64,000 nt of DNA from Eledone cirrhosa (taxonomy: Eukaryota), in assembly GCA_964016885.1 (NCBI GenBank), contig OZ024740.1, forward strand, positions 380,184,001 through 380,248,000, read 5' to 3'. Shown here piece after piece: positions 32,001-47,090 of this stretch. The position numbers and the translations under genes are program-made. Every line of letters begins with the position of its first letter. Within the stretch, counting starts at the first letter, position 1. The notes beneath the pieces are model-generated. The model saw nothing but the letters and a program-made list of their open reading frames with translations, did no database searches and had not been told where the DNA came from.

Positions 32001-32503
32001 ATTACACCCACCCCCACCCTCCTCCCTCTATTATCATAAGCTCCTACATAGTCCCAACGTGCGTCTAAGATGCCATTCCAGTCCCCCGCTAACACTAAGG
32101 AGCGAGACGTTCCCATGAATGGCTCCAGACGCTTGAAGAACCCTGGTCGCGATGTCCCAGTCGGGGCATATACGGCCACCAGTCTGAAAGCTCCACCTTC
32201 ACTACCATTCACGTCCAGGACCACCAGGCTGCCCTCCGGGTCCAAGTGAATCGTCTGTATTTTGAGATCCAAGTTTTTTTGAAACAGAACAGCAACTCCG
32301 CCTCCACCTCCTGGCTGACAGAGAGATGCGTAGATCTCAAAATCATCGAACATGGGGGTTAGCTGCTGCTTGTCGTGAATTCTGGACTCGGTGATGGCTA
32401 TCACATCTATACAATGTGACCTGAGATCAATTAAAAGCTGGCCCTGTTTCCAGGACATGCTCAGCCCACGTACATTCAAACATCCAGCTTGTATAGTCGC
32501 CAT
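29071..32503 (-). pseudogene. Tx1 ORF2: APE + RT + C-terminal zinc finger, frameshifted
   Basis: CLNVRGL, AVYAP, GDWN; KSPGLDGLP, LDQSKAFDRV, AYADD, KLLGV; CPRC..ETVLHAIVQC. Confidence 0.9.
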
Positions 32504-32543
32504 GTTGGTGAAGAAGAGTTAAGGAGAGAACAGGCAGGAACAC

Positions 32544-34421
32544 TTACCTTTTCGTTTCCTGGAGGTCGAGTTGTACGATCTCCATGTCCAGATTGGTGGT
32601 GTTTGGGGAGGGAGGGAATCCTTTTAGAAGGACACGGTTAAGGAGCTTTTGGCAAGGGGGGCCCACATCATGTGGGAAGTTCTCTTTTAAAGTTTCATAC
32701 TGTAAGGTTGTTACCCTAATAAGTTTGAGGTTTGGGGGTGTGTCGTTGGTGGGGAAGGTTTTCCCTTCCGTTTGTATTGTGGGGTCCTTTCGGACAGTTT
32801 CCACCAGTTCTTTGTTTCTTGTTTTTATGTATGTGTAGTGTGTTTTGTTTTTTATGTGTACTGTTTCTATTTGTAGTTTTCTTTTTGTGGTTGTGGTTTG
32901 TGATTGTGGTGGTTTGGGTGTTTGTTTTGTTGGTGAAGTGTTTGGTTGTGTTGGTGGTGATTGTGTTGTTGGTGTGTTTGTCGTTTGTGGTGGTGTATTT
33001 ATGGTGGGGTTGGGTGTGTGCGTGTTTTATGTAGATGTTTTTGTGTTTTTTTGTGTCTTTTTTGTTTTTTGGAGTTTTGGGGTTCCTCTTCATTCTCACT
33101 TGGAGATGTAGAGGTTCCCGTATCTGAGACTTCTGTATCAGGGGTAGATGGGAGGGGTATGTTGTGTGTTGGAGTGTTTGTGCAGGTGTTTGTGGAAGTA
33201 TTTGAGAGGGGGGAAGAGGCAATGGAGGGTTTTTCAGTGGTATTTTCTGTGTGTGGTTGTCTCTGGTCTGTGGTGGTGTGGGAGTGGATGTTGCAGGTGT
33301 TTCTGTTGTGTTTGGTTTGGAGTGTTGATGTTGGGGTTTTGGTGTTGGTAATAACACCTTGTTTGTCCTCCGTTTGTTTAAGAGGGGGCAAAAGGCCTTT
33401 AAGTGTGTGGTTTTCCCACACTTATGGCACTGAGGTCTTTTCCCCTCCACTAAAATGGAGATGACATCTTCCTCAAGGAGGATCTTGTCCGGTATTTTTT
33501 CAACTCTCTCTGGCCTCATTTGTACCAGAACCTCGATGCAAGTTCCAAACCAGTTATGCCGGTCTGTCTTGTCTACAGATAGGAGGGTGTCCTCATCCTT
33601 CTTCAGGATGCAGCGTAGGATCCACCATATGTTGACCTCTGCTGGGATCCTGGTTATTTTTATTTTGTAGGATCTTCTTCCCATGTATGTGGGGAAGAAG
33701 ATGTGGTGATCCGTTTTTATTGGGTGAACCGAGTGTTTTTGTGCCAGAGTTTCGCTCTTAAAGAGCACTGACACACTTCCATACTGTTTACCTCTTTGAA
33801 GGTATGCTACGTCTGGCTTGATATCTTTTAGTGCAGCTTCAATAGTGCTTGTTGGGAGCGTTATGAGTTTTTTGGTAATGAAGACAACTGTTCTATAAAT
33901 TAGCTTCTTTTTCTGTGTCATTTCTCTTACTTGTGGGGGTATGTGTATGTGTGGGGGATGTCTCCCTCAAACGTCACATAGTTGGAAGCTTCTTCCAAAT
34001 ATCAGGACTTTTGGGAAATGTCCATGGAGTAGTATTTAAAATCCTGTTGCTTAGCAACTGTTGCTGCAAATAAAATTTTGTTATTGTTCTTGGTGGTGGT
34101 GATGATGGTCTCATTCGTTGTGTTGCCACTGATTCCTTTTGTTGTGTTGTTGTTCTCATTTATTGTGTTGTTGTTGGTTGTGGTGGTGTTAGTATTTGCT
34201 ACATATACTTACTTCTGTGTGTGGATACATGTGACATTTGTGACGTCAGGCGTTTTCAGTTGCTTACAATCAGTTGAAGCTTGTTCCTCTTTTAAATGTT
34301 GAGGCGATAATGTTGGCATTCCTTTGTCCATGTCTGCTACTACCTGCTGGTCAAGTAGGCATGGCTTTCCCTTCCCATCTTCTTGTATTGACAAAAAAGT
34401 AGGTACCTTTGCTTCAGCCAT
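32544..34421 (-). pseudogene. Tx1 ORF1: gag-like, CCHC knuckle, frameshifted
   Basis: EGKRPQCHKCGKTTHLKAFC; homologous to ORF1 of element 2; ends MEIVQLDLQETKR*. Confidence 0.8.
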
Positions 34422-34672
34422 TTTATAAAATTTGAAGTGTTTTGCAAACATTTTTTTCGAAAATATTTTGGATGTGTTTGCCCTGAGGGGCACGATATTT
34501 TGGGAGACTGACCAGATCAAAATTTGACCTGTCAGTCCCTCTACAAAATTGGTATAAAAATAAAAGTTCACAATGACGAATTTCTAAAGAAATTTAAACA
34601 AAACTTACCGAGCAAGTGTGGACACATGTGTCCATCCCAGATATAGATAGATATATTTATATATATATATAC

Positions 34673-34799
<127 letters not shown>

Positions 34800-34930
34800 A
34801 AATGAAAGAGCTTGAGTGAAGTTAGGATAAATAGACAAACAAGTACAGAGACTAACATGAATAAATACAGAGGCTGGCGAGTAATCGTAGGGACACGGCG
34901 ACAGAGTGATTAATTAAGAGAGATAGGGGT

Positions 34931-35019
<89 letters not shown>

Positions 35020-37556
35020 AAATAGGAAATTATGAATATTTCAAATAATTAGATTCCACACACCAATAAAAGAAAAAAATACACAAGGCAAGCAGAAGAT
35101 TTTAAAGCAAAAGCTACGACGAGGTAGGGAGTGGCGTATCAAGAACCCAAATTAAAAGTTACGTTGAATTCAACAGTGATCAGCAGCTTTGTTTTGAAAG
35201 GAAACTTTCATGGAAATCACACATTTGCATTCGTATCGTTCACACCAATTTCATCAAATAGCATCAAAGGTTTAATATTGAAGTCACAGTGCAGGGACAA
35301 TCATACGAAATTAGCTTTTGGAAAGGATCGGGGAGCTTCAAATACAATGCATTATTGTGTTTAGATTTGTTTTGTTTGTTTTTTTTACTTTAGACGGAAC
35401 ACGTGGTCTTAGTAAAATAAACGACAACATTTTTATTATTTCTAGTTGAAACAAGTTTACAAAATGCATAACGGCCGCTTTTTACTTTAAAAATATTACA
35501 CGATCACGTAGAATGTTTGGACTATGTATTTGTTTATTTTCCTTGCCTAATCTCTTCTGCATTGTGAGAATTGCAGCTCGTTAAGTCGATAGGATATCGA
35601 TCGGCATTTTGAGCAAAGATTCGACACTACTCCCTCTCCCTCCTCCATGCCACAGATGCTGCGTTATGCGTGTGTAAAACGCATTTAGCATTCTCCACCT
35701 CATCTCTTCTAGATATCAATAAGCACCATGCATTACATGCCTTGGGAACTGATGGGCTCTTTCTCTAATTTAGCTTAAAAGGGATCGACTCTTGATAAAT
35801 ATTAACCTAACTGGGAGTTATCTATATGTTGCAAGTTGTGGAATTTTAGCCTAAAACCAGATCATTTATAATAGCTTTATGCGTTATATTTTGGTGCAAT
35901 AATGCTTCAAAATTTCATATCACACAAACAACCTTTCTTCACAAGAGGTAAAATAAAGCCTTCATCATTCGCAAATCCATATGTTGCTGTTTTTTTGGTT
36001 ATTTGATTAGTTCGCAAAACATACGAAGTATGTAGGCAGTATACTGCGTATCAACAGTAAGAGTGCAATTGAATTAAACAAGGCTGTATTGCTATGACTA
36101 AATTGAATTTAGGAGATTAAGTCGTATCTTCTCATTGTGTCTTCTTCTATTACTACTTCTTTCATTAACTCACTGATTGTTGTCACATCTAACAACACAC
36201 ACTCATCTGAAGATACTCTCTTTCATTACTACACTCTTAACATTCGCATAGAAGTGTTATCTAGATAAAGCCTACACAATTAATACTAAGTGATCACTGC
36301 CCCCTTTCGATAGAGATTCTCAAAACTTCCTTCAGCAGGGACATGAGTCTAGTTTATATTAACAACACAAGGACCTAAACATTACACATAGAATATCATT
36401 CATATTGCACCCTTTCCGGCTATAAACAACACAAAAGTTTTCAATGTCACTACAAAAGTTAGGATTTGTAGTCTATTGTGATCTTTCTTAACTATTTCAT
36501 ACATAACATCACTAAAACTACATCCGTTTGATTGGCGAAGTCTCTCACTACATTCTTTTGATCAAAAATACGTTTTCCATTTGTCTGCCACTTCAACCAT
36601 CTGTGCTAATATAAGTAAACAACTTACATACTTGATCCGGCTAGGTCATAGCTGGATGAAGTAAGCTTACTCGATACACCTGTTTCCTTCCCACCGGCAC
36701 GTGTCTCACGTCCCAGATCCCACACTAGACACTCTGCCAAATCATTCTGTAGAATGTTCTGCACCTCCAGGTTTTTCCTGCAGGCAACGAATATTGCCTA
36801 GCTCATAATAAATTTCTTTTTGTCATTAATGGTAGAGAAAATCAGGAACGTTTCGATCTCATCCTATTTTTTTTTACTTTCTGTATACAGTATTCTCGAT
36901 GTTGACATCACCAAATAATATCACTTCAAGGTACAATTTAAAGCTATGTGAAATCTAATGCAGTAACGATGACCAGGTATGGTACACTAACTGAATACGA
37001 AGGGCAGATTTGCACAGAAATGCGTAATGTGAGTTCGAATCGACAAACCATTAGAAGATAATCCAATACTGTATACACACAACCTTCTCTCCTTCACGCG
37101 GATCATTGAAATTAATTGATTTGTATAGGAAATCAAAATGGTTCACGGATTTTTATTGATGTAATATTAAAATATACTCGGGTTTAACATATAATTAGTG
37201 AATAATTCAATTACTTTGAAAGTAGCGTTGAAACCATTATATTTTTTTGTAATAGAAAATATTATCTCATTGCAATGTATAATTTTTTTAATCATTCTGA
37301 GAAAAATAAGACATAATTTACGACCAACCGATTTACGAATAATTGTTATGCATTATATATTTTACTATGTATCTGCATCAAATTCATGATTGTCAGAGAA
37401 TATTTATACAATGTATTTACTGAAGCGTTTACATAATCTCTATTACATTGGTGATGAATGTGTCCAAGCATTAAATTTCTATAGAAATTCATTATATATA
37501 TCACACAGACTAATTCGTCGAGACCATAACAATTCTCCCTCAATATCTTCCTCGTG

Positions 37557-38306
37557 AGAGGTGATATCAGAAGGTTACAAGACAAGATCTAAACAAAACT
37601 ACAATGGTATTCCAGGATTGTATTTCATAAAGAGTATGCATTGGGCCACCATACTCTTCGAAATAATTATCTTTGGAGCATAAACACAGATTCCAGTGAG
37701 CCTTAACGCCTCAAAAACATCGTTGCACTCTACCTGAAAGCCTTCTTATTGAACTTGTGATTCTGATTGAATTCCATTCACTGTCTGAAAGCGGCACCCT
37801 TTAAGCTTCAATTTCATTTTATGAAACATGACGAAGTCTCCTTGGTATTTTGCAGTGTTAAAAGCCAGTGGCAGTTTTCAACAACGTGATGTATGTTCAG
37901 TTGTACTATGAGTAAATTCCATAGTAAACTCTGGCGTTTTGCTTGTACTTTGAGACCCTGAATACCTCGCGATTTTGAATAAACACTCAACCTACCTTGA
38001 AACAAGCCTGGCACACATTGATTTACGTTTTATATAAAGAGTCTGACAAAGTATTTCGAAGCTCTCGGCAAGATATTTCCCGAGCTTCATGCAAAGTTTG
38101 ATGCAGGCATATTGTAAGAATTTTTCAGTCATCGTAAAAGCCAGTCGTTCTTACAGTATATTACAAAATACCGCATCATAATTAAACGAACCTATTTGAA
38201 TACTGTCTCGATATGGTGGTTACAAACATCGTCAGATATGAACGCAAATCCATTACACAGTACAATCACAGCGCATGTATCCCAGAAACATTCAGATATC
38301 ACCTCG
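37557..38306 (-). mobile_element. Internally deleted mariner DNA transposon
   Basis: Imperfect TIRs agaggtgatatcagaaggtt / aacattcagatatcacctcg-TA; transposase remnant FHKMKLKLKGCRFQTVNGIQ (~37760-37825); cttcatgcaaagtttgatgcag motif. Confidence 0.75.
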
Positions 38307-38978
38307 TACAATGTAAAAGAAAATTCAGACGCTCTCATTACTCTTCGAGGCTTCCCTTCAGTTAAATGACGGTCTAAACGGAAATATTTGATTTACTTGT
38401 CTGGGAATTGATAGATCGTGAATCCAAAGAAAGCATTTCGTCTTCAGTGATACATCAGTATACAAATAGATAATAAAACGTACGGAGAATGTTTGAAAAG
38501 TTAGACTAGACAAAGTATTGTAACGATTAATTAAACTACTACATCACAACAATACTTTGCGGGACCATTTCCTTACGCTGTGACTAATAAAGACAGCAAA
38601 ATAATATCTTTCGAAAATGACTACTTTTATGAAGCGCTAACTTTCTATTTATGTTCAGTTATAGAAGGGTAAAGCAATAAGCAAAGCAATTGTTATTGAA
38701 CTGAAAATAGAAATCTAAGTCTATAATAAGGTTCATCTGATTTTCATCGTAAAATTAACATCAGAGTGGATCTAAAATACTATAAAATTGTCTGCTTCTT
38801 TAGCGAATTATACTTTGAACGAAATAGCATTAAATTGATAAAACTAATACAATCCTTTATATTTTGGCATTTATGTTTTCGTTGTCATTTAATTGCAAAA
38901 TTCTAAAATATAATATAAAATAATTGTTTCTACTTTTGGCACAAGGCCAGCAATTACCCAGTGCATTACTGGTACTTT

Positions 38979-39048
<70 letters not shown>

Positions 39049-39163
39049 CGCGTGCGCGTGCGTGTTTCTCATTCTCTACGTTACTCAAGGAAAGAGGCAC
39101 AACCTATGACCTTTGCTGCTGCTCACGGAATGCGGAATGGTGAGATTAATACACGGTATCGTC

Positions 39164-39219
<56 letters not shown>

Positions 39220-39540
39220 AACAAACCACTTTCCACTGATTGACCTCGATGTCACGTGATTGATTCTTTTTGAATTTGCCACCGACGCAGAGGCAGTGAT
39301 TTTCTCAATGGCGAGGAATTCAGTCCACGCTTTGCTATTTTCTATCCACTGAATTATTTTTGTATAAGTTTCCAGAGTCCTCGCTTTGCCTGGATACTTA
39401 GCTGAGAATAGTCTTCCCTGACGACGAAATGATTCTATATATTTTCTTCGGAAAGTATATTTATTCCATTTCAGAAACTAATTAGTTGGGAGTGAAATTT
39501 TAGTAAGTAAGTTAATTTTATAATTTTCTTATTTTACGTT

Positions 39541-40140
<600 letters not shown>

Positions 40141-40571
40141 ATTGAGATAACAAAAATATTTCTTAGACCATTTAATGCCTTTACAAATGTTCCAATACAT
40201 ATTATTCGACTAATGCTTATATTATTTCAATTCAGTTAAAGTGGGAATAAATATAGGGAGTATAACGAGGAAGTCTTTAAATATGCAGTCCTCTGAAGGT
40301 ACAACTTTTTCTTTTGAACTTGCAACTCCCAGGCCATTGAATAATCGTTCATATTGCTTCTAAGGGTGTAGAGTATTTAATAATGCTTTCTTAAGCTCAA
40401 AATATTTTTCAATCTTTAACTAAATTGAAATAAATATAAGCATTAGTTGAATAAAATGAAACATTTATTAAGCTATTAAATGGCTTAAGAAATCAACTCT
40501 GTCATCTCAATTTGTTATATACGTAGGACTTGTGTGCGTATGTATGTATATATATATATATGTATGTGTGT

Positions 40572-40746
40572 ATATGTGTGTGCGTGTGTGTGTATGTATG
40601 TGTATGAGTGTGTGTGTGTGTGTATGTAATGTCTATTCATCAGATAATATACGTTATGTAAACATAACGTATATTATCTGATGAATAGACATTACATACA
40701 CACACACACACTCATACACATACACACACACACGCACACACATATA
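40572..40746. repeat. Near-perfect palindrome centred at 40660-40661
   Basis: tgtaatgtctattcatcagataatatacgttatgt-aa-acataacgtatattatctgatgaatagacattaca; symmetry extends into the (TG)/(CA) flanks. Confidence 0.92.
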
Positions 40747-42218
40747 AACAGTTTATATATATATATATATATATATAAACTGTTTCACATATCTTATATG
40801 AACCAATGGAATTCCAAATAAAGGAATCAAGATGAAAATTTGAAGGTTAAATACAACAAAATGTTTTATGTCATTTAAATGTATTCATGTAGTTTTACCT
40901 ACATCATTGTTTGGTGGAATCTGAGACATGCAGAAAAGAGATGGAGGTTTTCTAGGTGGAATGCTCTGGAAGATAGATCCAATTGGTTAAAATTATGCAT
41001 ACTCATACACACATAAACATGCATATTCCTTGATTCGTCTAGATAAAGAAAACATTTATTTATTAATTGCTCCATGATATTTCTGATGATCATTTCATCG
41101 AATCTGATGGGAGGGAATGAAACTCTAGATATGCCGTATTTGAATGCACAATTTAAAAAAGAATGCTGCTTTCTACCATTGTTCAATTAGCTTTTGGTTC
41201 TCTACAGCCATATTCGCCTGTAACAACACACAAAACCAACATAGATTTCTTTTAAAAAGAATAAAAAATGAGCAGAAGTGAATTGTGTGATGCAGTCTTC
41301 CTTAGAATAGATAAATAACAGCATCAATAGATATTAAAATAGCAGAAATTGTCTTGGTATTTAGTTACTTTCTGAGTTCAAATCAGAGCCGATTGGAGTT
41401 TCTCTTTCCTTCCACTTGGATCAATACAATAACTATCAGTTATCTACTGGTGCCCTGTTAATGCATCCATGCAATTTCCTGATGTGAGAATGAAGTAAAT
41501 CTACGTGTGTTGGTTAATTGCTTTAGAGAAAGGTTGCAATGTCACAGACTTCTATTTCCTACTTTTCTTAAAATATCGTACCTGTTCATGATTTAATCAT
41601 CGAAGGAAGAAAGAGCAAAGAGCAGCCACTCTGAAAATTTATGCAAAGAACGTAGATTTTACTAAAAAATATTGTGGTGTTAAATCTGGTAATGAACAAG
41701 TGAATAATAAATACAATCTAACCAACGGGTGTCCGCGCAGTTTGCGTCTCGTCTCTCCAATTTCGGTTACAAAATTTATCTCGATCTAAGGTTATAGTAA
41801 AATACACAAGGACAATGTGCAGCATTGTTGGGTCGAACTTGGAATCCCATGATTGCAAAGTGAATTTCTTAAATCCACGGTATGCCTGCACTGGTCCCCA
41901 GTCAAGAGAGAAGAAGAAAAAGATCAGTATTAGCAATGGCTGCAATATGTCAACTCTACGTTGTCACTTTACTCGCTAGAAACAAAATCCAAATCTCCCT
42001 CAAATCCCGTCCTATTATTTTAAGAACAAAAAGGAGACACATTAAAGAATGAAATCTGATCATTTTTTTTCTGCTCGGAAGGGGGAGGCTAAGTAATAAT
42101 GACAAAAAGCAATATGACACAAACAGCAATATTTGATACTGTATTCTTGTGAGATCTACTGTCAACAGAGATAATATGAAGATAGTACGTATACCAATCA
42201 TTCGTTTCTTGCTTAAAA

Positions 42219-42252
<34 letters not shown>

Positions 42253-42409
42253 GGGAAATATGCAAAGACTCACTAGTATTGGTTGTATCAGTTGTAATAG
42301 CAGACATATTGTATAATTGGTTATTATTACTATTTCGCTGGGATGAAGTGCTGAACTCAAAGCCTTGAGTGAGATCAAAAGCCTTTACAAGACAAAAAAT
42401 GTTGCAAGC

Positions 42410-43525
42410 AACAGCTGCAGCAAGAACAACAGCATCAGCACGAGGGCGCGCACAAGCAGCAGTACTACCACCACCAACGACAACAAAAACAAAAACAACA
42501 GTCAAAACAACACAAACAAAACCATTCAACGCCAACAACACCAACATCACCAACATCACCACCACCAACAACAACAACAACAACTACAACAACTACAAAA
42601 GCAGCAAAAACAACACCAACAACAAACCATCAACACCACCACCATCAACACCAACAACGAACCATCAGCACCACCACTATCACCACCATCAACACCAACA
42701 ACAAACCATTAACACCACCACCACCACCACCACCACTCACTATAACAGCAGCAGCAAACACAACACCAACAACAAACCCATCAACATCACCACCACCACC
42801 ATCACCACTACCATCATCACCATCACCACCACCACCACCATCAACATCACCATCGCCATCACCACCAACACCACCATCACCATCACCATCAACCACTATA
42901 ACAACACCAGCAAAAAATAAGACCAACAAAACCATCAACATTATCACCACCACCACCACCATCACCATCACCATCATCATCATCACCACTACAACAACCA
43001 CCACAACCACTACCAACTCCAGAAACAGCAGCAAAAACAACAACACCAACAACAGAACCACCACCACCATCACCACCATCATCACCATTACCACCATCAC
43101 CACTACAACCATTACCACCACCATAACCACTACCAACTCCAGAAACAGTAGCAAAAACAATAAACACCAACAACAAAACCTCCCTCACCATCATCACCAC
43201 CACCACCACCATCATCACCACCACCACCATCACCACTACAACCACCACTACAACCACCACTACAACCACCACTACTACTACCAACTCCAGAAACACCAGC
43301 AAAAACAATAACACCAACAACAAAGCCATCATCACCATCACCATCATCACTATCACCACCACCGCCATCACCATCATCCCCACCATCCCTACCACCATTA
43401 CAACCACCACCACCACCACCACCACTACTACTACCAACTCCAGAAACAGCAGCATAAACAACACCAACAACAAAACCATCACTACTATTACCACTACAAC
43501 AACTACCACCACCACAGCCACCAAG
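42410..43525. repeat. CAC/CAA low-complexity tract with a higher-order repeat
   Basis: Marker taccaactccagaaacag recurs near 43011, 43131, 43279 and 43432. Confidence 0.85.
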
Positions 43526-43789
43526 AGCAAGAAAGAGAACACTCTATCAAGAATTATTTCTTTATATGGTTGGTGGCCATGTTCATTCTGGAAATAACCA
43601 GATTAGCCAGAGGGAAAAAAGCAAAACAAAATATCTTCTGGTGTGGCGTTACAGCTAAATCAATCAAACAATTCAACGGGCTGTTGACGGAAATTATCCT
43701 GTAGAACCGTGAAGAAACACTAGATTAGCAAAAATGATACGTCTACGTCACTAACAAATATGGCTACGTCGTCTTCATCATACGTACTA

Positions 43790-44590
43790 ATGTTTTTATT
43801 GTTGTCGTGGTTACTGAAGCTTTTGTTGGTGTTGTTTTTGTTGTTGTAGCGGTGATGACGGCTGCAGTTGTTCGTGTTGTTGTTGTTGTTGTTGTTGTTG
43901 TCATCGTTCTTCTTCTGCTTCTTTCTTCTTTCTTCTTTCTTCTTCTGCTTCTGCTTCTTCTTCTTCTTCTTCTTCTGCTTCTTCTTCTTCTGCTTCTGCT
44001 TCTTCTTCTTCTCGTGGTTGCTGTTGTTCTTGGTGTTGTAGAGGGTGATATAGTTTTTATGATCTCAGTTTGTTGTTGTAGATTTTGTTATCGTTGGTGT
44101 AGTTTTTGTTGCTGTTGCTTTTGTTGTTGTTGTGGCGGTGGCTGCAGCTGTTCCTGGTGTTGTTGTTGGTGTTGTGGTTGATGTAGATAGTGTTGCTGTT
44201 GTTGTCGTACTTGTTGGTATAGTTTCTATAGGTGTTATTGTTGTTCTTGTTGTTATTGTTATTGTTGAGTTGGTTATGCTGCTATTCTGGCTGCTGCCAT
44301 TGTTGTTACCGAGGTTGTAGTTGTTGTTCTTGTTGTCATTGTTTCTGTTTTATTTCTGTTGTTATTGTTGTCGTTATTTTTGTGGTGGTGGTGGTGATGG
44401 TGGTATCTCTTCTTATTATTATTGTTATTTTCGTATTGCAGTTTTTGCAATTGTTGTTGTTGATGGTGGTGCTGATGGTGGTTGCTGTTATTGTTGACCC
44501 CGTCGGGGAGGGCTATTCTTGTTTGTGTTGTTGTCATGGTTACTATTCTTGTTACTGTTGCAGCTGTAGTTGTTATTGTTGTTGAGCTGG
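43790..44590. repeat. GTT/CTT low-complexity tract
   Basis: Direct reading. Confidence 0.9.
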
Positions 44591-44632
44591 TGGCTATGTA
44601 TACATGCATACAAACAGACATACATACATATA

Positions 44633-44747
<115 letters not shown>

Positions 44748-45094
44748 GATGGCTGCCCCCTCGTCATCGAGTATGGCCATTGCACAATATAACATTATTA
44801 ATAATTATTAATTAATTCTATCGTGCAATGCCTGTGCGTGAAGATATTTTTTAAAGTGAGGAAGACTGTGCACTGAGCCAATCCCACTCTCTGAGAGACA
44901 GTAGCTATAACCTGAAAAGAAAAGATCAACATCATCAGTAACTACTGAGCCGCACGTTTTATATCGGAGTTATCCCAGTTTCTTGAGTTGCCTTCTCCTA
45001 GAAGAATGCCCTGACAAAGGCTAGAGGTCCTTCACTCCCAGTAGTTTAACCGCGCAATCGGATGTCCAGCCCGACTATTTCTATGTCCACGTGC
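44748..45094 (-). mobile_element. Non-autonomous RTE derivative: 5' UTR joined directly to the 3' terminal stem-loop
   Basis: 44790-45094 aligns along its length with 17204-17500; 44748-44785 matches 21471-21510. Confidence 0.88.
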
Positions 45095-45167
45095 ATATAC
45101 ATACACATGCACCCATGTATATACACATATACATACATATGCACATGTGCATATACATATTTAGACA

Positions 45168-45358
45168 CTTTCGGATGGCCGTTGACTCTTATGAGTTCTT
45201 CCGCCCTTTGTCAGGGTTGTTTTTTGTCCTGCAAGGTGTCCAAAATCACCCTCCTCACCAAGTAAACTTGGTGGGGTTGCCGGTTTAGTCACCGACGACC
45301 CGACCATGCGACAGGTTGTACTAGGTTACATGTTACCAATAGCACTCAAGAGTGACCC
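45168..45358 (-). mobile_element. Short structured retroelement-derived repeat
   Basis: Homologous to 1680-1928; its 3' end recurs on + at 45924-45965. Confidence 0.6.
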
Positions 45359-45516
45359 AACACATACATATATACATATATATATACATACATATATATA
45401 TATACATACATATATATATACATACACATACATATATACATACACATACATATATACATACATACACACATATATATACATACATATATACGTACATATA
45501 CATACATATACATACA

Positions 45517-45922
45517 TGGTGGCTGCCAACTCGTTTTCGAGTATGGCCACTACTTTATATCCATGTAGGAGAACCCCTACCGATGCGCTGAATGAGTGTG
45601 ACTTTTTAGTCCAGCCAGTGACTTGAAAACTCTGGTACAAACACTACACTTGTGACAATTACTGACACATAGTGCTGGGCCCATGGTACCATGTGATGAC
45701 AAGTGCAGAGAGATCTCCAGATATAAAGCAATGCCTGTGCCGTGAAGCTTTTATAGTGAGCAAAGGCACTGCACAAAGCCAGTCCCACTCTCTTAACCAT
45801 GATGATATTTACCAAAAAGAAGAACAAGTCAACATCATTGGATACCATCAGGGTTGCAGGTGTTATATCAGAGTTTTCCTTCTCCTAGAATTCTGCCTTG
45901 ACAAAGGCTAAGGGGTCATCTA
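45517..45922 (-). mobile_element. Second subfamily of ORF-less bipartite RTE-derived element
   Basis: Minus strand gcctttgtcaaggc..ctaggagaaggaaaactctgatataacacctgc..atgatgttga..gtggga.tggct..gtgca..cacaggcattgc; ends gtggccatactcgaaaacgagttggcagccaccat. Confidence 0.75.
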
Positions 45923-46038
45923 TCCAAAGGGCAAAGGAGCTCTTAAGAGTCAATGCCCATCCAAAATATATATGTACATACACACATAGACACACATATA
46001 TATATATATATATATATTGATATCATTTAGCTGTTTTA

Positions 46039-46100
<62 letters not shown>

Positions 46101-46121
46101 GCACGCACACACACACACACA

Positions 46122-46227
<106 letters not shown>

Positions 46228-46304
46228 CTAGCTGACCCTTCCGGCGGCTGGCACCCGGCTACCATTCACGTGTTCTACGGCATCCAGATATATATATATA
46301 TATA

Positions 46305-47090
<786 letters not shown>

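Larger units (their letters stand above)
28820..34640 (-). mobile_element. L1/Tx1-clade non-LTR retrotransposon 1, near full length, degenerate
   Basis: Two-ORF layout; 3' end ..cctgtggcAAATAAAgaa then (TATC)n; GATA repeats also at the 5' flank. Confidence 0.88.

Noticed and set aside
36633-36680. Hairpin followed by CTGGATGA-AGTAAGCTTACT
   Set aside because: No GAAA or stem I/III pairing, so not a credible hammerhead.
45240-45358. HDV-like or twister fold in the small element
   Set aside because: I could not assign consistent P1/P3 or twister P1/P2 pairings in both copies; kept only as an unclassified structure.
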